Source: Batkoa obscura (lineage: Eukaryota). From it: a stretch of 64,000 nucleotides of DNA. The stretch spans positions 558,001 to 622,000 of the forward strand of contig JASVEC010000018.1 in NCBI GenBank assembly GCA_030770535.1, in the 5' to 3' direction. Every line of letters starts with the position of its first letter. Position 1 is the stretch's first letter. Positions 51,701-64,000 of this stretch are shown here, piece by piece. The notes under the pieces were generated by a model. That model ran no database searches and had not been told where the DNA came from. It saw nothing but the letters and a program-made list of their open reading frames with translations. Position numbers and translations under genes: made by a program.

Positions 51701-52226
51701 TAAAAAATTACAAGTAGAAACTGTATTTGATTTAATGGAAATGGATAATGAAAGAGAAGAAATATTAAAGGGATTAACAACATCACAAATTAATAAAGTA
51801 GCTTTATTTTGTAATAAATATCCATCAATTAAAGTAGAATATCAATTCATTACATCACCCGATGAAATGATTAGTAATGAATATAGTAAATTACAAGTGT
51901 TATTAGAAAGAGAAGAAGAAGTAAATGATACTTCAGTTATAGCGAATTATTTTCCAATGAAAAAAGATGAAGCTTATTGGCTTGTTTTAGGAGATCCTAA
52001 ATATAAACAATTATTAGGGATTAAAAGATTTACTATGGGAAATCAATTAAAACTTATTCTTAATGTACTTATTCCTCCTCCTATTGGTAAACGTGAATTG
52101 GAATTATATCTCATTCCAGATTGTTATATTGGTTCTGATCAATTCTTTGAATTAAAAGTCAATTTATTACAAGGTAATGATGATGAAGAAGATGAAGAAG
52201 AAGAAGAAGATAGTGATATGGAATAA
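45756..52226 (+). CDS. BRR2: U5 snRNP 200-kDa helicase Brr2, intronless
   Basis: 2156 aa; N-terminal NSNLVI and YRPKT; two Ski2-like cassettes (APTGAGKT/DEIH and APSGSGKT/DDLH), each followed by a Sec63 unit. Confidence 0.98.
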   Translation: MAEEIAKNSQYQYTGNSNLVIENRRRGGKDEPSGDPETLYGKIDPKEFGSKALREKVNAQEKERHRSSDAVQEKKKRRREEAALKKAYGYNSVLAATDDLEDIIYRPKTKETQSIYEMMLSLVQRQLGDLSPDELRSATDFVLETLKNDNLKDNDKQTQIKGLIPNINDEVFTQLLSLSKKLNDYKAEGAEEEKDDNIDGEIGVAVVFNEDEEDDMEIDEEEDEEEGEYDVPMDIKLANDIAQEAIESVEVEEKIESKKSKKEHEFESIQPYDIDRHWVLRLVKKYYSDEYMASQKTEEMMEILNKEASHREYENDLMAVTEFDHYNLVNMLVKNRDVIIWTLRLKEAGEDTQERKELEAEMTEKGLDHILKSLESDRSNKKGLGDLENRGANGNADQENVESQNDNLAPKQKIDLDMLAFNQGGHLMSNKKCLLPAGSTKTTHKGYEEYSVPAPESRPLGSNERLVPISDLPKWSQTSFGTTNSLNRVQSRVFPCAFEKLENMLLCAPTGAGKTNCAMLTILREIQENYNFETNSVNLDNFKIVYIAPMKALVQEMVTGFSKRLEYLNIKVAELTGDTQLTKTQIAETQIIVTTPEKWDVITRKATDRSYTNLVRLIIIDEIHLLHDDRGPVLESLVARTLRYSEENQERVRLVGLSATLPNYEDVATFLRVKKENLFFFDSSYRPCPLKQQFIGITEKKAIKRFQTMNEVAYKKILEQAGQNQSLIFVHSRKETARTAQSLRDMALDAGTLAEFIPNESSKEILNRKAEEINDPTLKDLLPCGFAIHHAGMTKADRTLVEDLFRDGHIQVLCSTATLAWGVNLPAHTVIIKGTQIYNPEKGRWAELSPQDVLQMLGRAGRPQYDTFGEGIIITTHNEIQYYLSLLNAQLPIESQFISKLADNLNAEIVLGTVRTREEAVHWLGYTYLYVRMLRNGSLYGIANHEQEEDPYLRQKRVDLIHSAANILDSCQLIKYDRRSGKLQGTELGRIASHYYITHKSMATYNQHLKPYMNYIELFRAFALSEEFKLIPVREEEKLEVARLLERVPIPIKENADEPAAKVSVLLQAYISQLNLEGFALMSDMVYITQSASRILRAIFEMCLRRGWAQLSRLALDLCKIVDHRCWLSMSPLRQFYTLTPDLIRKIERKDFPWERYFDLDAAQLGQLVGVPRAGKYIHNYVHMFPKLKLECHVQPITRSLLMFDLTIIPDFIWDNNHHGSAQQFWVIVEDCDGTTILYNESFVLKEQYSQDPHYLSFTVPLYDPLPPNYFVSVISDRWLHSEARQAVSFRHLILPDKYPPHTELYDYEPLPVGSLKESHQHLYNEWIKYFNPIQTQTNHVLYTTDDNAFVGAPSGSGKTICGEFAMLRLWSKFVTEEQPINRVVYIASNQDVIDEKYNYWKNRFNHLNKIVVSLTGEASADLKLIEGADLILATPTQWDLISRRWKQRKNVQTIGLFLMDDLHMVGSSNGPTYEVIVSRMRYIASQTKYKTRFVGLSAPLANAFDIAVWIGAPTSAVFSFHPSDRPVQIDIHIQSYSISHYPSRMLAMARPTYLAAKKYAEKDTTIVFVSSRRQCRLTAGELAALQGASKDNYGFLGCSKEEIQSAIEKIEDQSLAQLLTSGIGYYHEALSKNDLIIIKKLFEVKAIRVLVASKDSCWSMGNMLSQLVVIMGAQYYEGKEHRYIDYPLTDMLKMIGRAAKPFSGISGRVVLMCQPNKKEYFKKFINEGLPIESHLDHMLHDHFNSEIVTKSIENKQDAVDFLTWTFLYRRLIKNPNYYGLEGISQQHLSDHLTELVEKTMDELALAQCITIEDEVIVSPLNLGMIAGYYNIRYDTLDLISRSLTADTKLKGLLEIISAASEFSDIPMRHQENIVLSKLYTQLPVKLINPDMRKISTKVHLLLQAHFCRTQLPPDMTSDQISILRKIIPLLQATVDVTSSSGWLNPALAAMELAQMSVQAQWDRDSALKQIPYFNNERIELAKKLQVETVFDLMEMDNEREEILKGLTTSQINKVALFCNKYPSIKVEYQFITSPDEMISNEYSKLQVLLEREEEVNDTSVIANYFPMKKDEAYWLVLGDPKYKQLLGIKRFTMGNQLKLILNVLIPPPIGKRELELYLIPDCYIGSDQFFELKVNLLQGNDDEEDEEEEEDSDME

Positions 52227-52284
52227 ATTTTTTTTATAAAATAAAAGCAAAAATTAAATAAATAATATAAATAATAATATAATT

Positions 52285-52643
52285 TTATTCACAATTGTTA
52301 GCTAAAAATACTAAATTTTCTTGATTTAAAGTAGGCAAATTTAAACATAATGGAAATAAGATAGGATGAGGTTGAAATAAATAAGAGTTTAAATTTAAAT
52401 TAATAATTTGATCCAATTGATTAATTATATTAATCAAAGTATGATATCTCTTAAAATTAATTAAATTAAAGGATTTATTATTGGCATCAATATAATGAGA
52501 ATGTTCCATATTTTCTAAAGATAATATTAAATCTGATAAATACAAACCTATAAATGGTATTATCCCATTTGTTTGTTGTATTAAAGATGTATTATTATTA
52601 TTATTATTATTAGAGTTATTATTGTAATTACTATTATTATAAC

Positions 52644-52698
<55 letters not shown>

Positions 52699-54533
52699 TG
52701 ATGACCCTGTTGTTATTGTTTGTGGTATAATTTTATTGGCATTTAATAAACATAAATGAATCTTTTCTCTTAGAAATTTCCAATTTTTACTAGGATCTGA
52801 ATACTTTTTAAGCTCATTAAATTTTTGTATTATTTTTTTTGATATTTTTTTTAAATCCTTCTTTAAAATGACATTTGACTGTAGTGCTAATATAACAGCT
52901 AAAAACAAATTAAATTGATTCTTATTAAAAGCTAATTCTGATAATAATATACATTTTTCAATAATTTTAATTCTTTTTTCCATTTCTTTTTGACATACTA
53001 TTATAGTCTGAATCCACTCATTAATTTTGTTAAATCTTTTGATTATATTATTTAACAATTTACTTTCATCTTCATTCTTACTAGAATTCCCATTATTATT
53101 ATAACAAATTAATTCATTTGGGTCCATTAGATTTAATTCTCTTTTGTCCATTAATGTGAATTGTTGAATGATTTCTTCAATTGTATAATGTAAAAGAAAG
53201 GGATTAATATAATTTTGACTTAATTGATGATGATTTAATATTTTATTTTTAATATTCAAATTAGGTAATGATAAGTTGTATTGTAAACTTAATACATGTT
53301 TTTGATTATTAGTTTTAAATGACATGGGCTTATTTTTTAATGTTAAAAATTTAGCTGGTATTAAACTAGTTGGTATTAATTTATTCCTTATTTTATTAAA
53401 ATTCATTCCATTATTATTTATTATTAAATTATTATATTGGTTTATTGTTAAATTGTTATATAAATTGTATTTACTATGATCAATTGTGTGTTTACTATCT
53501 CGTATACTATTACTTCGTAAATTCATATGAGGATTATTGTAATTATAAGTGTTATTATTATTGTTGATTTTATTGTTATTGATCTTATTATTGTTAATTT
53601 TATTATTATGATTATAACTATTATTATTGCTATTATTGATTTTGTTCTTATTTAATATGCCACTATTATTATTATTATTATTATTATTATTGTTATTATT
53701 TATTATACTATTATTATGATGAATAATATTACTATTAAAATATTTAACAAATTGATGATTTAATAAATCCATTAAATGATTTAATATTAAATTATTAAGA
53801 AATTCCAAACAGGAATATTTTAACAATGAATAAAATTGAAATAAAAATGGTAAATCTAATAAAAAATCCCTTTTGAAATTAGTCTTAATCCAATATTTTA
53901 AAATAACGTATATCCTTATCTTTATGACCTTCTCTAAAGGTATTTTATTTTGACCTTTTAAACTTAAATACAATTTATTTAATAAAATTAATAACAATTG
54001 TTGTTTAGTTATGAAATTATTATAAATTAAAAAAAAATTCCTTAATAATTTGTTTTGAAATTGAGTACATAATAATTGTATTAAATTCCATTGACTTATA
54101 TAATAAATTTTACTATTATCTTTGGGATCATAAATTATTGGACTATCATCCATACCCTCAATTAATGGTATACTGTTAATATATTTAATATCTTTTTCTA
54201 AATTTAAATCCATATTGTCTAACTTATAACTAAACAATTTAAATATTATATTAGTATATTACTATATTACTATATTACTATATTACTATATTAAATAACA
54301 AATAATAATTAATAATTAATAGTCAATATGATTTATTATTTATTATTTATTATTTATTATATAATATTAATTTACCTTTTAAAAAAACTTTCTAAGGGTA
54401 AAGAGTTAAATTGAATACCACCTACTTGTAAATTTGATGTTAAATTATCTAAAGATTGAACCTTACGTAATTTATTTTGATTTTGTTGTTTTAAATCAAA
54501 TTGACTTTCACTTCTACTTATTGTATCTTTCAT
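52285..54533 (-). CDS. RasGEF (REM + CDC25 domains), Lte1-like; exons 54533-54376 and 54229-52285
   Basis: REM-like NFFLIY...LKYWIKTNFKRDF; PFLLHY...QQFTLMDK; RFNKINEW; IPFIGLYLSDL; LINFKRY. The upstream ATG exon splices in frame; poly-Asn tracts present. Confidence 0.8.
52591..52698. repeat. (AAT)n microsatellite encoding poly-Asn
   Basis: Long att/tta run inside the RasGEF ORF. Confidence 0.95.
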
Positions 54534-55518
54534 TATTACTATTATTCTATCTTTTATTTTTATTTCTAAAAAAAACGTTACTTGATTTGAATATTCAACG
54601 TTTATATATTCTTTTTCTTTTCTCTCTATTTACTTTCTCTTTTTTTTTTTACCCCTGAATTATTTAATTGAATTGTTTGACTTGCCTTTTTTTATTACCC
54701 ATCCCTTAATTTAGTTGAATAATTTAGTGTCATTGAAATAAATAAAACGGCATTCTACTTTTTAATTTGTCTCTACATTTATTTAAAAATTTAATAGTAA
54801 ACAATATTATCATTATAATACAAATTTTTAAATAAAAAAAATAACCAATTAAAATAGTTTGAATTACATTTAAATTCTTATCATTCTAAAAGTTGTTAAA
54901 CTTCAAATATTAAGCATAATAAAGCGCAATTTAAATAAAAAGTAGCTGGAATTTTTGAAAATTTATGCTGATTACCTCATTTTTAAGGATTAGTTTTAGT
55001 TTTAGTTAGTTTTAATTGAGTTTATTAAAAATATTAATAAAATATTGATATCAAATAATAAATATAAAAGGTTTTGAACACATTATCTACATCTTAACAT
55101 TTGATTTTTTAACAAATAAACTTTCAAAAAAGCGTTAAGCTTTCAGATAGTTTGTCTACACCTTAACATCTAAAGTTCAAGTAAATAACTTAGCAAATAT
55201 AAAATCTAGAGTTTTGTCTTCTAATGATTCAATAAGAGTTTTATTTTTAAATAAAAACAAGTATTAGAGCTCAATACTAATTGAAACATTATAAGAGTCA
55301 TTAGAAATATTCTAAATACTAGAATTAAACGCTTGCATCAAAAATTGAATTTAAAGGAGATATACTTTTAAAATATTATAATCTTTTAAAATACTGATCG
55401 TTTTACAATAAGCTTTTTTTAAATAATTATCTGAGATTTCAAAAATCGATTATAATAGATATAACAAACAAAAAACTCTACTTAATGAAGAATAGAAATA
55501 ATGGTATACTATTTATAT

Positions 55519-55625
55519 ATATGGGGATGTATTTTTGTATTTAAGAATTTTACTAATAATTTTTCCACTCAAATAGCGCTTAAAAGATGGAAAAAGTAAT
55601 GAAGTCAAAAAAAATACTCCCATAT
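55519..55625 (+). mobile_element. MITE family A, copy 11
   Basis: Near-consensus copy, ATAT|GGGGATG...ACTCCC|ATAT. Confidence 0.9.
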
Positions 55626-56322
55626 ATTAATTTAAAATAAAAAATAATCAATATTTCTATTAATTCATAAACTAAAAAATATATTATTAGTAGAACTATA
55701 TAACCTATTATCATAACATTTTCATGTTTATCTTTTTACTATATCTTATAATTTATTTGCAAGTAAATATAGAAGTATAAAATCCATTTTCTATTTTTTT
55801 TAATAATTTTATCAATTTTTATTAATTATCATTAATAAGTAACAATAAATAATATTACTTGTTTATAATAACAAATCACTGTAAATAAGAGTGTGCTTTA
55901 TTTAAATTTTTATGTTATCTATTTTATTAAGTCTAATGAATAAACTATTACTAGATATGTATTTAATTTCAACTGAAATTTAATAGAATACAAATATAAG
56001 AATACACCCTCTCTTTTTTACCATGAGTTTTAATCCCAGGTTAATGATTGTTTTTCAATACTTAGTCTAAATAGAAGAATTCATTACTCATTTAAAAATT
56101 ACTTTCTCCTCTCATTGTATCTCTTCATATTTTGTTCTCTTGTTATATTTGTTTATTTTCATTCTAGACTCTGATATTGATACTTAATAATTTATGTTTT
56201 TAAATCTTGAATAAAACATCATTTTAATGGGTAAGCATGAAATAAAAGAAACTGCTATTATTAATTTTTAATAATCACTATTAAGGATTCTAAATTAATA
56301 GTATACTTTTTTTATAGTAATC

Positions 56323-56428
56323 ATATAGTAATGTATTCTTGTGTTTAAGAATTTTACTATCAATTTTTTCACTCAAATAGCGCTTAAAAAATGGAAAAAG
56401 TGATAAAGCCAAAAAAAAATTCCCATAT
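56323..56428 (+). mobile_element. MITE family A, copy 12
   Basis: Consensus match with a mutated left terminus; ATAT flanks. Confidence 0.85.
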
Positions 56429-57183
56429 ATTAAAATAGAATGAATTTACTAGTTATTTTGTGCCATCTATTCTATTAAATTTGAAGAATATAGTGTTAAT
56501 GGGCACTCAGTTAATTTAAGTTTAATTTAACTAATAAACATAAGAATAAAAATACCATTATCCCCCTTTTAGTATATTAAGTTGTTCTTTATATTTCAGA
56601 TATCTTCATTTGAATTCATTACTAATTTATTTTATTTGAATTTAAGGATTCTATGTAATTTTTTATTTTTAAATTCAGGTAAAAAAAAGTTACCAACAAG
56701 TTTAAATGAAGATACTTAAAACATAGAGAACAACTTAATATACAATATATTTATTTATTTATTTATTTATCATATTATGCACTAAAAATTTAAAGAAATT
56801 GTCAATTAAATATTGAAATAAGATTAAATGTTCCCATCTAATTCTTGAATTGAATTTTAATATCTAAAGTTGAATATATAAAATGTAGAATAGTATTTAT
56901 TCATATCAATACATAGGCTACTAAAATACATTATTGTTGTGGCTTTATTTCATAAAGATATAATTATTAATCACTATCTTTTTGGTATATCCGATAAGTC
57001 ATTTATAATTAAATATAAAGATAGAAATTTATGCCATATTTTAATTGAATTTATTAAAGAACATTCTTGAAATAAATTAATTTAACATGGGACGTATATT
57101 ATGTAATAGAAAGAGTATAAATACTAAAGAAATAATAACCTGATATTCACTATACTAAAAGTAATTTAATAATATTTAAAAAA

Positions 57184-58133
57184 ATGCAATATCTCGCCCT
57201 TTTGAGTGTTTTAATAACTAGTGGATTATCCATAAAAGTTCCAGTTAAATATGATCAATTATATATCTTTGGTGATAGTTTAAGTGATTATGATAATACT
57301 TATATTTTAAGTAATCATAGTTCTCCGAATGATAAATATTATTATAATGGAAGATATAGTAATGGACCAACCTGGATAGAAAGATTAGGCAAAAAGTTGT
57401 CTATTCCAAATGTTAAATCTTTTGCTTATGCTGCAGCTACTTCCGATAATATTGAATTTCCAGCTACTTTAGTACCAGGAGGAGTACCAGGAGCTATCCA
57501 ACAAGTTAATGAATTTGTGAAGTATTATAATGGCCATAAAAAGAATGGAAAGTTACCAAAATCTCCATTAGTATCGTTTGCCTTTGGTGGCAATGATTTC
57601 CCATCCCCTGGTTCCAGTCCACAAAAAATGGTCAATAATTTGGAAAAAAGTATCGTTAAAATTATCAATGAAAAAAGTTTAAATAACTTTTTAATTATGA
57701 CCACTACTCCATTAGATATAACTCCACAAGTCAAATCCCTTCCCAAGGAACATCAAATTCAGTTTGAATTAATTACTAAACAAATTGGGACGCTTTGGTC
57801 AGAAGCTATCAATAGGTTAAGAAAAAATTATCCAAAGATTCGTATTTATACTTTTGATTCAAGAGGTAATTAAATAACAAAGTTCAGAGTAGTACATTAA
57901 TAAAGTTTTTAGATATTTTATTAAAATTGACGAAACAAAAGACAACTGAGGGAGTGAGTATTGACGAAGTAAATGGTTCATGTTTAGTTAAACAAGAAAC
58001 GGGTGAAAATAGTTTAACTACTTATAACGTATGTAGTAATCCAGATAAATACATCTTTTATGATTCTATCCATCCAACTTCTAATACTCATCAATATTTT
58101 GCGGATGAAATTTACAACATTATGAAAAAATAA
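57184..58133 (+). CDS. Secreted GDSL/SGNH lipase-esterase (CE16/thermolabile-hemolysin-like), one intron ~57867-57912
   Basis: Signal peptide; block I FGDSLSD; GRYSNGPTW; block III FGGND; block V FYDSIHPT. Confidence 0.9.
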
Positions 58134-58663
58134 TTGATTTTATCATATAAATAAACGAATTTTTTATCAACTTTATTATTTATATTATTATGAATGATGT
58201 AGTTTTAATAAATAGTTTTTTTAAGTACTAAATTTTATACTAAATTTGAGTCAATTTTAATTCAAAAGAAGTAAAAAGAATAATTTTAGTTTATGTAGTT
58301 CTTTAAAATGTTAGTATTGAATAAATAATCTTTCTATTTCTTATCTTCAAAAAAGGTAATTAACCAAAACTCACTTATTTTTTACTAGGGTGGGAAATGT
58401 AAGAGAAGTTAAAATTGAAGGATAAGGTGTAGGTAAATTTAATTTGGCTTTTTTAGTGACTTTCACCATGATACTTGTTTAAAAATAGTTATTTTTAGGG
58501 GGAGACTAGTATACAATTGGTATATCAATATAAAAGTGTAAATTGGCTTTTGAAAAAGATGTTTATTTGTTTTTTTTAAATAAATACCACTTTTAATGTT
58601 TGATTTAAAATACAAAATAAAAAGTTTAATAAAAAGTTTAATAAAGCTACTTTTAAAAATGAG

Positions 58664-58914
58664 ATTTTTTTGAGTCAAAATTTTGTGAAAAATTAAATTT
58701 TGCTATTTTTTTTAGTTTAGAGTTTTTGTTAAAATTTATCGTTTCAGTATTATAATTTCATTATTTTGTACTATTTTTAATATTAAAGAATATATGAATG
58801 TTCCACTATTAAAGATGAATTATAATATTTTATTTGTTTTTAAGTATTTCTCTCTTTCTTTTTCTTTTTAAATCACAATTTCAAAACTGTCCTAATATTT
58901 GAAAACAACCTGTA
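58664..58914 (-). repeat. Dispersed repeat family B, copy 2
   Basis: aatttcaaaactgtcctaatatttgaaaaca (58878-58908) is the reverse complement of the copy-1 core with 2 transitions; similarity extends over ~200 bp. Confidence 0.75.
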
Positions 58915-59132
58915 ATTTGAAACTTAGTCATTTTTATTCATTTCAAATTTACGAATAAAAGATCCTCAATTATATACTCAGTTTCGCCTAGCATTGTATC
59001 TAGAACATAATTGTAATTTCTTTCTTGTGACTATACTATAACACCAAAAATTTATACAGTTATATTAAATTGAAAGTGAAAAACATATGACAAACATGGA
59101 TAACAGAACGCTTTTATTAAAACATAATATTA

Positions 59133-62643
<3,511 letters not shown>

Positions 62644-62747
62644 TATTTTAATTTTTTTAAAAAATAAGAATACCCTTATTGAGCTTCAAATTTAATTTAA
62701 GCAAAGTTCAAAATTTTAAATTACCAACTTTTGTTAGTAAATTAAAA

Positions 62748-63622
62748 ATGGGATTCAAAAGAGAAAAGAGAAATGAAAAGGAAGAAGCGAAATATAAGCT
62801 AAAAGTGAAAAGGGAAGAAGTAAAAGATGAAAGAGAATCTAGTGAAGAAGAAAGAGAAATGGAAGAATCCTCGGAGGAAGGACTTAATGAAGCTTCGGAT
62901 GAGCATGAGTCAGGCGAGTCAGAGATTGATGATGAACCAGAGTTAGATTTAGAAAATAATGAGCCAAACAAAAGTAAATTTAATTCATTAGGATTTTAAA
63001 GAAACATAAATGACAAATAACTATAGAAAAAAAGAAAGCGTTCCATGATAACACTGACTTTACTAATATCATGGGCCAAATCTTAAACCAAACTTTAACT
63101 ACCGAAAAGGAAAATGTAGTTAGCTTATCTAAAATTAATAAGTTTACATGCTAAGTTTTGAATTTTATAGAATGCTATCTTATCCAAGTCCAAAGGGCTG
63201 ACTAAAAAAATTGAAGAAGAAAAGTTAGAATATAGAGCACGTAAGGCATTGATTAAAGAGAAAAAAGCCTTGAAAGAAAAGGACCATGTATTACCAGATA
63301 TCCGTACGATGGATTATGAAAGGAAGTTGAAAAAAGTAGCTACTAGTGGTGGTAAGCTAATTTTTAGCTTTTATTTTTGTTTTATTTAATATCATTTTTC
63401 ATCAATTTATTTAGTGGTTCGTTTATTCAATGCTATTCGAGTACAGCAAAAACAAGACAATTTAGATCACTTGGACTTGAAAAATGAAGAAAAAGTAGAA
63501 GGTAGAATTAATTTAATATAATCATTTTATGAAGTTTATTAAACCTTTCTATTTTAGTTGCTAAAATGTCCAAAGCTTCGTTCCTAGATATGCTCAAAGC
63601 TGGTAGTAATAACACTGCCTAA
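62748..63622 (+). CDS. RRP15: Ribosome biogenesis protein Rrp15, 5 exons
   Basis: Acidic N-terminus, FTNIMGQIL, AILSKS, ERKLKKVATSG|VVRLFNAIR, SKASFLDML. Confidence 0.9.
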
Positions 63623-63751
63623 ACAATACACCCTTTATTAGATAATTAAATATAGATCATTATTTATCTTCATTTATCTTCATTTACCTATTTTACACAT
63701 TGACTTATTTAGTATATTATGATATCTATCTGCTTTTTTAAAACCCATATA

Positions 63752-63847
63752 TAATGAGGATATCTTTTTCGTTTAGTGCTTTGGCCATCTTTTAGGCAGC
63801 TTAAAATTTAAAATATTCTTTTTAAATTCTTGAAAACACCCCCAAAT
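63752..63847 (-). mobile_element. Diverged relative of MITE family A (copy 13)
   Basis: gaggatatcttttt...ccatcttttaggcagct...aaattcttgaaaacaccccc is collinear with the minus-strand consensus; similar length; taat/aaat flanks. Confidence 0.45.
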
Positions 63848-64000
63848 AAAAAATAGCCTTTATGGGCTTTAAATAAGTATTGTTTTTTGTAGAATCAATT
63901 TTTTTTATTAAGTAGGTGAGATTATAAGGTAACAGAATTAAAGATTATATATGGAAGGTGAGGTGAGAGCAGGGATAAAAATTAGTTAGCTAAATAAGGG

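Noticed and set aside
58381..58440. CTAG end suggesting a Helitron 3' terminus
   Set aside because: No convincing subterminal GC hairpin and no second copy in the window.

Overview
Very AT-rich, gene-dense eukaryotic DNA with many short (~45-65 nt) GT-AG introns. Gene content points to an early-diverging fungus, possibly Zoopagomycota/Entomophthoromycotina (inference). I can support about 21 protein genes. Most are housekeeping: PEF1/ALG-2 3' end, RPS23, FHIP/FAM160, RFA1, ATS1-like RCC1, HAD hydrolase, DHH1, CSN12/PCID2, DEF1-like, TOA1, PRP4 kinase, MSH6, two alpha-tubulins flanking dynactin p62, BRR2, LTE1-like RasGEF, PRP2/DHX16 and RRP15. Three look accessory: a kelch membrane protein, a DHA1 MFS transporter and a secreted GDSL esterase. 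There are two intact tRNA genes (Pro-TGG, Lys-TTT) and decayed tRNA copies. The main structure not explained by genes is a ~100-bp hairpin-forming MITE in 12 clear copies plus 1 diverged copy. It has apparent 4-bp AWWT target duplications, occurs in inverted pairs, clusters around tRNA and accessory genes, and embeds a GT-TACTAAC-AG mini-intron. Other candidates are a second, older ~220-250-bp repeat next to two spliceosomal helicase genes, and two putative structured ncRNA loci (3.8-4.0 kb, with an Sm site; 20.65-21.18 kb). No prokaryotic-type system such as CRISPR is present. Exon boundaries were read by eye and need RNA-seq confirmation.
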